Origin: the human T2T-CHM13v2.0 reference genome, Homo sapiens
Reading direction: 5' to 3' (one strand)
NCBI RefSeq assembly: GCF_009914755.1
Contig: NC_060929.1
Length of the DNA stretch: 64,000 nucleotides
In this document: positions 14,987 through 25,763 of the stretch, one piece after another
Position numbering within the stretch: the first letter of the stretch is position 1
Layout: the number at the start of each line of letters is the position of its first letter
Notes under the pieces: model-generated
What the model was told of the DNA's origin: nothing
The model's database searches: none
Seen by the model: only the letters and a program-made list of their open reading frames with translations
Position numbers and translations under genes: made by a program

Positions 14987-15699
14987 TCTGTGGCTCTTTA
15001 AGAAAGATAGATTTTCTACTGTACCCATAGCTTAAAGTGTATATGTAATCCCTGTGCATTAAGGGTACAGATCAATGCAAAAATTAATTCTGTGTCTACT
15101 TGTTTATGACCATGTAGAATAGTTCAAACATACGCCTTATTATTAGGAGTTATGAAACCAACCAGAGACTTTTTTAGTTTTCTATATATAAAAATATAAT
15201 GTAAATGTGCTGCACAATGCCTCATGATAAAAGGCACATGATAAAAGGCACCTGGTGATTTTGAGTGGTATCTCAAAATCACTTCCAGGTGATTTTCTGA
15301 ACCTTATGCCAAATAAGATGAGAAAATATGTAAGCCCTTACAGCAGAAGAAGTTAGAGGTCAAAGAAACCTCAGTCATTTTTACTAGCAAAGCTTGCTTT
15401 AAAAATATTTAGGCTTCAAATGCATTCGCTTTTTACCAGGCTTTTCAATATAAATAAAAGAAAGACCAAAAAACTGAAGTAGCAAAGAAGTGAATACCAG
15501 AAAAAAAAAAAAGAAAGAGATAAAGGAAATGAGCATAGGTTTGAAATATTTCAGAGACTAGCACAAACTGGGTTATATGTTCTTTCTTTGGGCATTTTTT
15601 ATGTTTGAAGAGAATGTTCTGTTCCCACAGAGAGACCTACTAAGAACAGCAAATGAAAAAGAGTGAGAAAGGAAAGAATAGCTCTCTGTATACTAATAC

Positions 15700-15992
15700 T
15701 TTATTTATTTATTTATTTATTTTAAATATTTTATTTTTGGAGACAGAGTCTTGTTCTGTCACCAAGGCTGGAGTGCAGTGGTGATCATAGCTCACTGCAT
15801 CTTCAAAGTCATGAGCTCAAGCAATCCTTCTGCCTCAGCCTTTTGAGTAGCTGGGACTACAGGCACACCATCATGCCCAGGTAATTTTTTTGTTGTTGTT
15901 GTTGTTTACTAGAAATGAGGCCTCACTATGTTGCCCAGGCTGATCTTGAACTTCTGGCCTCAAGTGATCCTCCTGCCTCAGCCTCCCAAAGT
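15700..15992 (-). mobile_element. AluJ-like element
   Basis: gagacagagtcttgttctgtcacc...gatcatagctcactgca...cctcccaaagta. Confidence 0.9.
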
Positions 15993-16084
15993 ACTTCAGA
16001 GTACTTTAGAAACATCAAACTAACATTCCAAATGGGTGGTATCACAGAGAGCATGGCTTGAAATACATGTCTTCTTAGAAAATT

Positions 16085-16260
16085 CAACTTCATCACAGCA
16101 CACTTTACATACAATGAAATTCACTAATTTTAATGTGTAGTTCAAGGAACTTTGACAGATGTATATAGTTGCGTTACCACCACCAAAGTCAAAATGCAAA
16201 ATAGTTCTATTATACCAACGAGTTTCCTATTCCAATTCTCAAGAAATCCCTTCCCATCAC
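16085..16260 (-). mobile_element. Old L1M 3'-end fragment
   Basis: acatacaatgaaattcactaattttaatgtgtagttca...tttgacagatgtatatagttg. Confidence 0.65.
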
Positions 16261-16812
16261 TTAGCCTGTGGGGTACAGCAAGGGGGTCAAGGTATCTCAG
16301 GCGAAAGGAAAAGGAGGGGTAAGTCAATCAATATGTATTGAGGATGCACAGCACATGCGGCCTTGTAGGTCAGAGGAGGTCAAGGACTTTGGGTTTACTC
16401 TAAATGAAATGGGAGGCATGGGAGGGTTTTGAGCAAAGGAGTGGTCTGATTTAGGTTTTGAAAGGAATATGGAGAAACTATATGTATACAAGTGTTGAAC
16501 AAATAAGTAAATATACTATAGGTGATAAGAGCCAGGCTTCTCACTGCTGGAGAAAGAAGTTACAAATGAGAAATGAGGGAAGGAATGTTAGAATGATTCT
16601 TGTGGGTGGGAATTGGAGTCATCAATATGCCCTCATGTGTGTACAGCTAGCCAGATAGAGAAATAAATACAGACATGCCTGTAAACATGGGTTACATGTG
16701 TGCATGTGTGTGTGTATGTGTGTGTATTGCCATCTTAACAGTAGTATGTCTTCCAATCAATGAACACAGGCTGTCTTTCCATCAATTTAGGTCTCTTTAA
16801 AAATGTATTTCC

Positions 16813-17098
16813 GGCTGGACGTGGTGGATCACACCGTAATCCCAACACTGTGGGAGGCTGAGGTGGGCGGATCACTTGAGGTCAGGAGTTCGAGACCAGC
16901 AACATGGTAAAACTCTGTATTTACCAAAAAATGCAAAAATTAGCCAGACGTAGTGGCACACATTTGTAATCCCAGATACTCAGGAGGCTAAGGCACGAGA
17001 ATCGCTTGAACCCGGGAGTTGGAGGTTGCAGTGGGCTGAGATTGTGCCACTGTACTCCAACCTGGGCAACAGAGTGACACTCTGTCTCAAAAAAAAAA
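16813..17098 (+). mobile_element. AluS-type element inside an old L1 fragment
   Basis: Full dimer with atgtatttc on both flanks. Confidence 0.92.
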
Positions 17099-18079
17099 TA
17101 TATGTATTTCAACAATGTTTGGTCATTTCAGGGTATACTTAATATTTTTTATGTATTCATACTTATCTTTTAAATCAGTCTTTTTCAGAATACAGCATAA
17201 CTGTAAGTGGGATTTAAAAAGTCCTCAAGGAATATAATGGGAATATAATGAAACATTTCTAATCTTTAAGAATTAAGTCAACAAGTGTTAATGAATGTTC
17301 ATTATAGGCCTTGTTCTATGTGAGAACATGAGATTATTGCAGAAGAATGTCTTTTTAAATCAAGACTTTACTAAATTTGAAAAAAAACAGCATTTATAGA
17401 CATCATAAAATAAAGCGACAATATGCTAATATATGATTAACTGCTAAATTGAATAATGTAAGTATGCCTTTCCCCACGCCCAGCCCCATTATCCTCCAAA
17501 GCTTATCTTACCACAGTCCCTTTAGAAGTCAAGGGCCTTCTGTGCTTTTGAGATGCTTACAAATGTCTTTGGTTGTGGCAAAGCAAACAAGGGAGTTTTG
17601 ACGGGGACTCAAAAAATTTCACAGCACAAAAGGGCATTCTCTGCTGAAAGAGGCTCTGGTGGTTTAAAAGCAATGGTCAATGGGAAGCATTTGTTCTGTA
17701 GGAAGGTGAAGCCCATCTGGCCTCTCTTCAGATGGGGTGAGCTGCTTGCTTGAATGAAGAGTTACAGTTTTCAGCTGTTACGTCGTCTTGCACTTGGCTG
17801 GCCACATACTGCTCCTATCTTTTGATGAGTGTACGCAAATCCTCCAGAACACATCCTTTTGTCTTTGACGCTGGCCTTCCTTCATGACCATAAGCCTGTC
17901 ACTCTGTCAACCCTGTTCAATTCCATATGATTCTCCTTTACTCTTACGTGGGCCACCAACCATTTCTTTCTTTTCCTTTCTATACACTTTCTAAAGTTTT
18001 CTGTGTGATCAATTTGATGTTCTCATCCTGTCTGTTCCTAGACTGTTGACTGTCAAGGGCCTAGTTAGGACTTTTTAAT

Positions 18080-18277
18080 TTTTTTTTTTTTTTTTTTTTT
18101 GCTGTGTCTTTGTTTTTACATTTCTTTTCTTTTTTTTTTTTCTTTTTCCCTTGTTTTTCGAAGACAGCATCTCGCTATGTTGCCCAGGCTGGTCTCAAAC
18201 TCCTGGACTCAAGAAGTCCTCCTACCGGGGTTACCCACAATGCTAGGATTACAGGGGTGAGCCACCACACCCAGCCT
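18080..18277 (-). mobile_element. Alu monomer (FLAM-like) with long T-rich tail
   Basis: tcgctatgttgcccaggctggtctcaaactcctggactcaag...gagccaccacacccagcc. Confidence 0.8.
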
Positions 18278-18588
18278 AGCCTCTCTTTGCATTTCTGCTG
18301 TAACAATCCTGGACAATTTCAAGGTACTTCCATCCCCTTAAATCAAAAGGGAAAGAGAAGAATGTATAGGAAGCCTGATGATTAACATTCCAAAATATTT
18401 TGTTTAAAGTAACATAATAGAATATACAGTTTAACTGTTTCCCATATGTTATTGTCCCATTCCAGTGGCCTGCTGAACAGGTTTTAGGATTTATTCTACA
18501 TGCATCTAAACCAAAAATGTTTACAATGATCCTTCTAAACAGCTGCTGTTACTGACGACTGTTTCTTCCTGTCCTACTGCTTCCATTT

Positions 18589-19076
18589 GTTTGTTTTTTG
18601 TTTGTTTCTTTTAACTTAATTAGCTATTTTATTTGTTTATTTAATTTTTCCATAGGTTATTAGTGTACAGGAGGTGTTTGGTTACATAAGTTCTTTAGTG
18701 ATGATTTATGAGATTTTGTACACTCATCACCCGAGCAGTATACGCTGCACACTATTTGCTTTTAGCCCTCACCACCTTCTCACCTTTCCCCACCAAGTCC
18801 CCAAAGTCCATTGTATCATTCTTATGCCTTTGTGTCCTCATAGCTGAGCTTCCACGTATCACTGAGAACATATGATGTTTGGTTTTCCATTTCTGAATTA
18901 CTTCACTTAGAGTATAATCTCCAATCTCATCCAGGTTGCTGCGAATGCTGTTTATTCCTTTTTATGGCTAAGCAGTATTCCATTGTATATATATACCACA
19001 GTTTCTTTATCTACTCTTTATTTGATGGTCATTTGGTTTGGTTCTATGATTTTGAACTTGAAAACTGTGCCACTAT
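18589..19076 (-). mobile_element. L1PB-like 3' end (3'UTR and end of ORF2)
   Basis: ttccataggttatt...ggttacataagttctttagtg...ccaagtccccaaagtccattgtatcattcttatgcctttg. Confidence 0.85.
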
Positions 19077-20083
19077 AAAACAATAAAAAAGATAAATGAA
19101 ACAAAAAGCTCATTCTTTGAAAAGATAAATAAAATTGAGAGACCATTAGCAAGATTAACCAAGAAAAGAAAGAAAATTCAAATAACCTCTAAGAAATGAA
19201 ATAAAAGATATTACAACTGACACCACAGAAATACAAAAGATCATTCAAGGCTACTATTGTTCCTGGACCCAACTGAGGGTCAGGCTGCTGTTTCTCATGG
19301 CCCAATAACAAGATGCAGATGAACTGGGGAGAAAGAGAGTTTTATTTCTGTAACTGGTTACAGGAAGAAGGCCTGGAAATTATCACCTGACCAACTCAAA
19401 ATTACAAAGTTTTTCAGAGCTTATATACCTTCTAAGCTATACATATACATGTAAGTGTGCATTCATTTAAAGACGTAAGTGATTGACTTCTTTTCATCTA
19501 TACCTAAGGTCTCAGTCCTGAAGACCTTCTTCTGGAACCTCAGTAAGTTTACTGACTCTAAATGGGGTGATTACCCTTATCTTGCCTCCTGCTACATCAC
19601 GGAGTTTTGGGGAGTTCCTTCAGACCCCCAATAAACTTGTTTGTGAAGGCCTGAGGAGTTTATTCAGACTCCAATAAAACTTGTTCAATCCAAAATAAGT
19701 CCCGTTAAGAATTCCTTTGCTATTTTGTCATGCTTTAAGGCCCAGGAAAGGCCTAGGCAAAACTCTTGATGGGCTTTTGTTCTATCCCAGTCTTTGTATA
19801 AGAGCACTGGCTTCCTTTTTTAGCTTTTAATATTGAACTTAACCACTCAGTCAGTACTGAAACAGTGGTGATGGAAGCCTGCATTAGTGAAACCTGGCCT
19901 GCCACACTATGAACATCTTTATGCACATAAACTAGAAAACCTAGAAGAGATGAATAAATTCCCGGAAAGATACAACCCTCCTAGCTTAAGTCAGGAAGAA
20001 TTAGATACCCTGACCTGAACATACCAATAACAAGCAGTGAGATTGAAATTGTAGTTAAAAAACTACCAACCAAAAAAAAGTCC
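19077..20083 (+). mobile_element. Inverted L1PB ORF2 segment of the same insertion, interrupted by an LTR
   Basis: gataaatgaaacaaaaagc...caccacagaaatacaaaagatcattcaaggctactat | gaacatctttatgcacataaactagaaaacctag. Confidence 0.85.
19258..19906 (-). mobile_element. ERV1-class solo LTR (PABL-like), 649 bp, TSD CTAT
   Basis: TG...CA ends, with CTAT at 19254-19257 and 19907-19910. The reverse complement begins tgtggcaggccaggtttcactaatgcaggc, recalled as PABL. The family name is less certain than the LTR call. Confidence 0.75.
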
Positions 20084-20130
20084 TGCTTCTGTTTTCTTAG
20101 TCACCCAATCTTGAAAACTAATAGCAATAC

Positions 20131-21000
20131 TGTCAACATAAAGAAAGAAATTGAGGCTAAGGTAATAATAAACAGTTTATTTGAGTGAATATTGAGGGCT
20201 GAAGCCCAGAAACACTTCCAAGTTACCTTGGGAAGTGCTCAAGAGAACAAAGGAGAGGCTCAAGTCTTTAAAGAAAAAAGGATGAATCTGAATAGTTGCA
20301 ATTACAAAAGTTATTTGTAAGGAATTCTAATTGATTTACAGAAATAACATTGATGAGCTATTGACTATCATTACTGAATGACCATAGAGTGTTAGGTTAA
20401 TTATAGAGTTGTTTGTATATCTTTTGAGTAATCTGTTAAAAAGGGAGTAAGGGAAGAGGGAGAAAGAGAAACAGATTCTGTTGGTCTCATGCTATCTTTC
20501 TTAGGTCTTTTGATTGTTTGGAAAACTGAGTGTCTTTTACTATCTTATGAATAATATATAAACATCGTGTTCAAAAGAAAAAACGGAATGGTACTTTGCA
20601 TCAGTGTATTATAAATAGTAAACCTAATTTTAATGGAAGCTTCTAAAGAGATCCATCAAACCTCAACTAGCTTTGACTACACAAGATTTCTGTAAACATT
20701 TTTTAAGCTTTCACAATTTTTATTCTTTTTTCCCAACGTTCTATATCCATTCAGTTAATCCATCTCATTCTTTTTCCTTTTATTCTCTCAGTTTAATCCA
20801 TTCTTTAAATAACCTCTAAACTAGGCAAAGTCACTGTTGCAAAAACAAACAAACAAACAAACAAACAAAACACACACCCATATATTTTCCCTAACCTTTC
20901 TTACCCCTAATATATCTCACTTTTTAAATACATTTTGAATATAGAATTGTTTTCCATTATCTAGCCTTAGTTACCATATACCAGTCTAAAGTTATAAATT
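20131..21000 (-). mobile_element. Degenerate ERV1 (MER4-group) LTR and internal fragments
   Basis: tgtcaac...gtttatttgag...ggaagtgctcaagagaacaaaggagagg resembles the LTR at 4670-5153. Family is unresolved. Confidence 0.4.
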
Positions 21001-21008
21001 GAATGTAC

Positions 21009-21653
21009 TGTAACTGAGTATGCCATTTTCTTAAAAGTTATCTTTTTTTTTTTTTAAATACTATGCAGCCATAAAAAATGATGAGTTCATGTCCTTTGTA
21101 GGGACATGGATGAAGCTGGAAACCATCATTCTCAGCAAAGTATCGCAAGGACAAAAGTTATCTTTACTTCTCTCTTCTTCCTTGTGTTCACCTCTCACTT
21201 AGCATCTCAGGAATGCAAACGTAACCTTTACCTTCCTTTCCTCTGGCCAGAGTGCCTACAAGCATTGTTAGCTGTATGTTTGCTTAGAAGATCCAGGGAC
21301 CAAGTCTTGAAACAAACCAAGCACCCTCCAGAATTCTCCCCCACCAGGAAACTACAGGCCGAATCTGTCTGCAGTGGTGCCAGCCCGACTACCAGATGAC
21401 CTATTAATTGAGATGAGTCCCCAAGAAAGTCACATAAACCACCACCTCCATGCCTCTTCTGCATACCCTGCATACCAAAATTTCTCTTCTTAAAACCCTG
21501 CTTTCTGCCCACAAAGCTGAAGTGGGTCATTTACATATGAATCTAGCCCTTTCCCATTGCTAAGCTTGGGAATTAAGCACTTTCTTTTTACCGCCCTCGT
21601 GCTTGTTATTTGATTTTGCAAGTGGAGAGTGGGCAAACCTGTGTTCAGCAACA
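21009..21653 (+). mobile_element. ERV1-class solo LTR (family uncertain) hosting a mini-L1
   Basis: Starts tgtaactgagta and ends gattttgcaagtggagagtgggcaaacctgtgttcagcaaca. Confidence 0.6.
21046..21152. mobile_element. ~110-bp inverted L1PA (PA2-PA4-like) micro-insertion with perfect 13-bp TSD
   Basis: AAAAGTTATCTTT at 21033-21045 and 21153-21165. Poly(T) is followed by plus-strand L1 ORF2 end sequence. Confidence 0.9.
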
Positions 21654-22207
21654 ATGTCTCTTGAGGCCTTCCAAGGAAAGATGAGATTTATCTTAAATAT
21701 ACAAAGCCTTCTGTCCCCACTTCCTCTTAATCAATGAAATTTGTTATTTTATTCCTTTTGTTGATTGTATATTTACCATTGTAATATACATCGAATTTGA
21801 GAAGGACTTTTAGTTGTTACTTTCTGTTTTAACAACCCTTGGCTTTCTCCCCCATTGTAGCCTACTCCTGTTTTATCTTGGGCTACTTCTTTTTATTGCT
21901 TTCCTTTTCATGACTACTGACCCTCACATTCTTTCTGTTTTGCAGAAATTTGTAGAAATTTTTCACTGAGTGTTTTTTCTTTTATCTTTTTTTTCTGCTC
22001 TTTTATAGTTTTTTCTTTTTTATATCATTTTATTGGTGCTTTGGAGAGAAGAGGAGAAACTTAAACTCAAACATGTTAAAAGAAAAGCAATTCAGCCTAA
22101 CCAACATGGTGAAACCCAATCTCTACTAAAAATACAAAAATTAGCTTGGCGTGGTGCATAATCCTAGCTACTCAGGAGGCTGAGGCCCGCGAATCACTTG
22201 AACCCGG

Positions 22208-22963
22208 TGTTACCGGGGGATCCTTGTTTTTAGAGCGCCCAAGATGGTGGCAGTCACTTCCAAGATGGTGGCAAGCCTCTTGTTCTCTAACCTGGGGTTC
22301 TTGGCCTCACGGATTCCAAGAAATGGCATCTTAGGCCGTGCGTGAGTGTCATAGCTCTATTAGAAGCTGTGGGTCATGGAAGAGAACCGTTGAACCCAGC
22401 GACTAGTGTTCGGCTCGATTAGGACGAACCTGGGCACTTAGCTGTGCAGGAACAATGGCAAAACTTTAGCCCAATCGGGAGTGGCAATGGGCGCCTAGCT
22501 GGATCAGAAGCACAGCTGACACCCTGCCAGATCCAGAAGGGTGGAAGTCAGCGGCGGATCTGCAACGGGCAAACAGCAGTGGTGGACAGCAAGCGGAAGC
22601 TCAGCTCAGCTCCAGCCCTGAGAAAGACCAGAAGACTGTGCAGCAGCAAGATTTAATAGAGTGAAAACGGAGCTCCCACAAAATGGGAGGGGACCCAAAA
22701 GGGGTTGCCGTCACCGGCTGGAATGCCTAGGTTTATATCCCGATCATTGTCCCTCCCCCTGGGCTCTCAGGCGATAGATGATTGGCTATTTCTTCACCTT
22801 CTGTTTTAGCCTAATTAGCATCTTAGTGAGCTTTCTTTACTACCTGATTGGGCAGGTGTGAGCTAAGTTGCAAGCCCTGTGTTTAAAGGTGGATGCGTCA
22901 CCTTCCCAGCTAGGCTTAGGGATTCTTAGTCGGCCTAGGAAATCCAGCTAGTCCTGTCTCTCA
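22208..22963 (-). mobile_element. HERV-W LTR17 solo LTR, full length (756 bp)
   Basis: The reverse complement begins TGAGAGACAGGACTAGCTGGATTTCCTAGGCCGACTAAGAATCCCTAAGCCTAGCTGGGAAGG. TSD CCGG/CTGG. Confidence 0.95.
22652..22851 (-). promoter_or_regulatory. LTR17 core promoter and poly(A) motifs
   Basis: On the minus strand: CCAAT (22847-22851, 22781-22785), ATGCTAAT octamer-like (22814-22821), TATAAA (22732-22737) and ATTAAA (22652-22657). Activity is not shown. Confidence 0.55.
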
Positions 22964-23222
22964 CTGGGAGAGGAAGGTTGTAGTGAGCCGAGATAGCGCC
23001 ACTGCACTCCAGCCTGAGCGACAGAGCAAGACTCCGTCGCAAATAAAAAAAGGAAAAAAAAAAAAAGAAAAGAAGCAATTGTATTAACTGTCTTATGTAC
23101 TTTTTTGCATCTTAAATATTCTATAATACCTTTTTTTCATATTTTGCGATTATTAAAAGTCAAGTTCCCAAGAAAATAGATTCTCCAATAGGGATTAGTG
23201 TGCATCAAGTTTATTAGGAAGT

Positions 23223-24060
23223 TGTAATATAATAAGAAATATATTTGATCTCTGCCCCCATGACCCAGCATACAGCTTCTAAAACTCTTGCAATCTTTGA
23301 GATGATGTGTCTTTTGTATGCTAGTGAGAGGACTGGTGCTGGGGGGCAGTTACTGGATAGCATTAGCATAGGGGCTGGTTGCCAGGGGAACCAACTAAGT
23401 GATTGTGACTTTCAGTCCCTACCTTGATATTCTGGGAGAAAAGAGGGATTGGAGGTTGAGTCAGTCACTAATGGCCAATGATTGAGTCAGTCATGTGTAT
23501 GTAATAAGGCCTCCATAAAAACCGAAGAGGATGGGGTTTGCAGAGCTTCTAGGCTGGTGAGCACTTGGATGTGCTGGAGGCATCCAGAGGGTGGAGCACG
23601 TGGAGAGGGCATGAATGCTCAGTGCACCTTCCCTCATACCTTGCCTTATACAGCGTTTCCATCTGGCTGCTGTTGAGTTTTATTCTTTATAACAATATGC
23701 TAACCCTAAGCAAAGTTTTCCTGAGTTCTGTGAGCCATTCTAGCAAATGGTGGAACCTGAGAAAGGGGACATGGGAATCTCTGACTTACAGCCAGTCAGC
23801 CCGAAGCACAGGTAACAAATTGGACTTGTTATTGGTATCTGACATAGGGGAAGTCTTGTGGATCTGACCTCTTAATCTGTGGGATTTTACGCTCTCTCCA
23901 GGTAGACAGTGTCCGAATTGAGCTAAATTGTAGGGCATTCAGTTTGTGTCTGCAAAGAATTGGGGAATTGCTTGGTGTGGGAAAACGAAAATTAACATTT
24001 GATGTCAGAAGTGAGAATAGCCGAGAGTATAGTGTAAAAACAGTGTGTTTTCCTTATTCA
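23223..24060 (+). mobile_element. MER21-family LTR, near full length, inserted in an older ERVL-type LTR
   Basis: Starts tgtaatataataagaaatatatttgatctctgcccc and contains tgtaataaggcctccataaaa and ctgagttctgtgagccattctagcaaat. Confidence 0.75.
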
Positions 24061-24312
24061 GAGATATGCCCAGATAAATGCCTGTGGGGGCAGGGAAGTG
24101 AGTAGGATGGGACGGAGGCAGGAGTTCAGCTGTGATACTTGATGCATTCACAACACCTGAGGTAACTCATCAGCATCATCCTTAACTGAGGAAGGGAGCC
24201 AGTCCTCCCAACAAATGGAAACTGAATTTTCATTCCTGAGGGTGAGCCCGACTCTCTCAGCACAATGTCAACTACACACAAAATCCAAAGTCTAGATTTG
24301 GAAATGAAAACT

Positions 24313-24712
24313 ATGTGGCACATATACACTATGCAATACTATGCAGCCATAAAAAAAGATGAGTTCATGTCCTTTGCAGAGACATGGCTGAAGCTGGAAA
24401 CCATCATTCTCAGCAAACTAACACAAGAACAGAAAACCAAACACCATATGTTCTCACTCATAAGTGGGAGTTGAACAATGAGAATACATGGACACAGGGA
24501 GGGAAACATCACACACTGGGGGCTGTTGGGGGATGGGAGGCTAGGGGAGGGATAGCATTAGGAGAAATACCTAATGTAGAAGATGGGTTGATGGGTGCAG
24601 CAAACCACCATGGCCCATGTATACCTATGTAACAAAACTGCATGTTCTGCACATGTAGCCCAGAACTTAAAGCATAAAAAAGAATGTAAATGAAAAAATA
24701 AAAATAAAAAAA
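24313..24712 (+). mobile_element. 5'-truncated L1PA (PA7/8-like) 3' end
   Basis: atgtggcacatatacac...ggaaaccatcattctcagcaaactaacacaagaacag...cagaacttaaag plus A-tail, with aaactatg on both flanks. Confidence 0.93.
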
Positions 24713-24792
24713 GGAAACTATGCCCTGTCTATCCCTATTATGTTTATATTGTTTTATCTTCTACAACTGCCTAGTATGAATCCAAGTATCCC

Positions 24793-25137
24793 AGTATTAG
24801 TCCATTCTCACACTGCTATTAAAAAATACCTGAGACTGGGTAATTCATAAAGAAAAGAGGTTTAATGGACTCAGAGTTCCACAAACTCTACAGGAAGCTT
24901 GACGGCTTCTGGGGAAGCCTCAGGAAACCTTCAGTTATGGCAGAAGGGGAAGCGGCGTGTTTACATGGCCAGGGCAGGAGAAAGAGAGAGAGAAGGATGG
25001 TGCTGTAAACTTCTAAACAACCAGATCTCATGAGAACTCTATCACCAGAACAGCATCAAAGGGGAAAACTCACTGCTATGATCCACTCACCTCTCACCTC
25101 CCACCAACGCCCACTTCCAACATCGGGGATTAAAATT
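24793..25137 (-). mobile_element. MST-family LTR, part 1 (continues at 36462-36507)
   Basis: gtattagtccattctcacactgctat...ccaacatcggggattaaaatt. Confidence 0.88.
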
Positions 25138-25739
25138 TGTAAACCAAATAAAATCCTAACCACCCCCTGCCCACCCACAATCACCTAAATGGACTTTCTC
25201 CTCAGCCAGGGCTCTTAAAATTTAACCTGAAAGACTGGTTCAGGCCATGAAGGGAAGTGGGGGTCAGACATGCTTCATTATACATCTCCAGCATCAGCAT
25301 CAACACAGACTTTAAGTCTGTTAAGAAACATTTTACAGCCTGTTTTCCTCTGAAGCCTGTTAGCTAAAAGCTTCATCTGCATGATAAAACTTTGGTCTCC
25401 ACAACTGTTATCACAACCCAAATATTCCTTTCTACTGATCCCAGGTCTTTAGACAAACTCAACCAATTGTCAACCAGAAAATGTTTAAATTTACCTGTAG
25501 CCTGGAAGCCCCCACTTTGAATTGCACCAGCTTTCTGGATTAAGCCAACGTATTTCTTAAATATACTTGGCTGATGTCTCATGCCTCCCTTAAATGTATA
25601 AAACCAAGCTGCACCGAAACCACCTTGGACACATGTTGTCAGGACTTCCTGAGCCTGCATCATGGGTGCGTGTCCTAAACCTTGGCAAAATAAACTTTCT
25701 AAATTAGCTGAGACCTGTCTCAGATTTTCTGGGTTCACC
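25138..25739 (+). mobile_element. 5' LTR (MER4A-like)
   Basis: tgtaaaccaaataaaatcctaa...aataaactttctaaattagctgagacctgtctcagattttctgggttcac. Confidence 0.88.
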
Positions 25740-25743
25740 TTTT

Positions 25744-25763
25744 TGGTAACCACAGAGGGATTC
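25744..25763 (+). other. Retroviral primer-binding site for tRNA-Arg(TCG)
   Basis: TGGTAACCACAGAGGGATTC, 4 nt after the LTR, matches the complement of the recalled tRNA-Arg-TCG 3' end (TGGTAACCACGGAGGGATTC) except at one CpG. Confidence 0.75.

Larger units (their letters stand above)
22094..23070 (+). mobile_element. 5'-truncated AluS-type element split by LTR17
   Basis: Alu at 22094-22207 and 22964-23070, with aagcaatt on both flanks. Confidence 0.88.
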
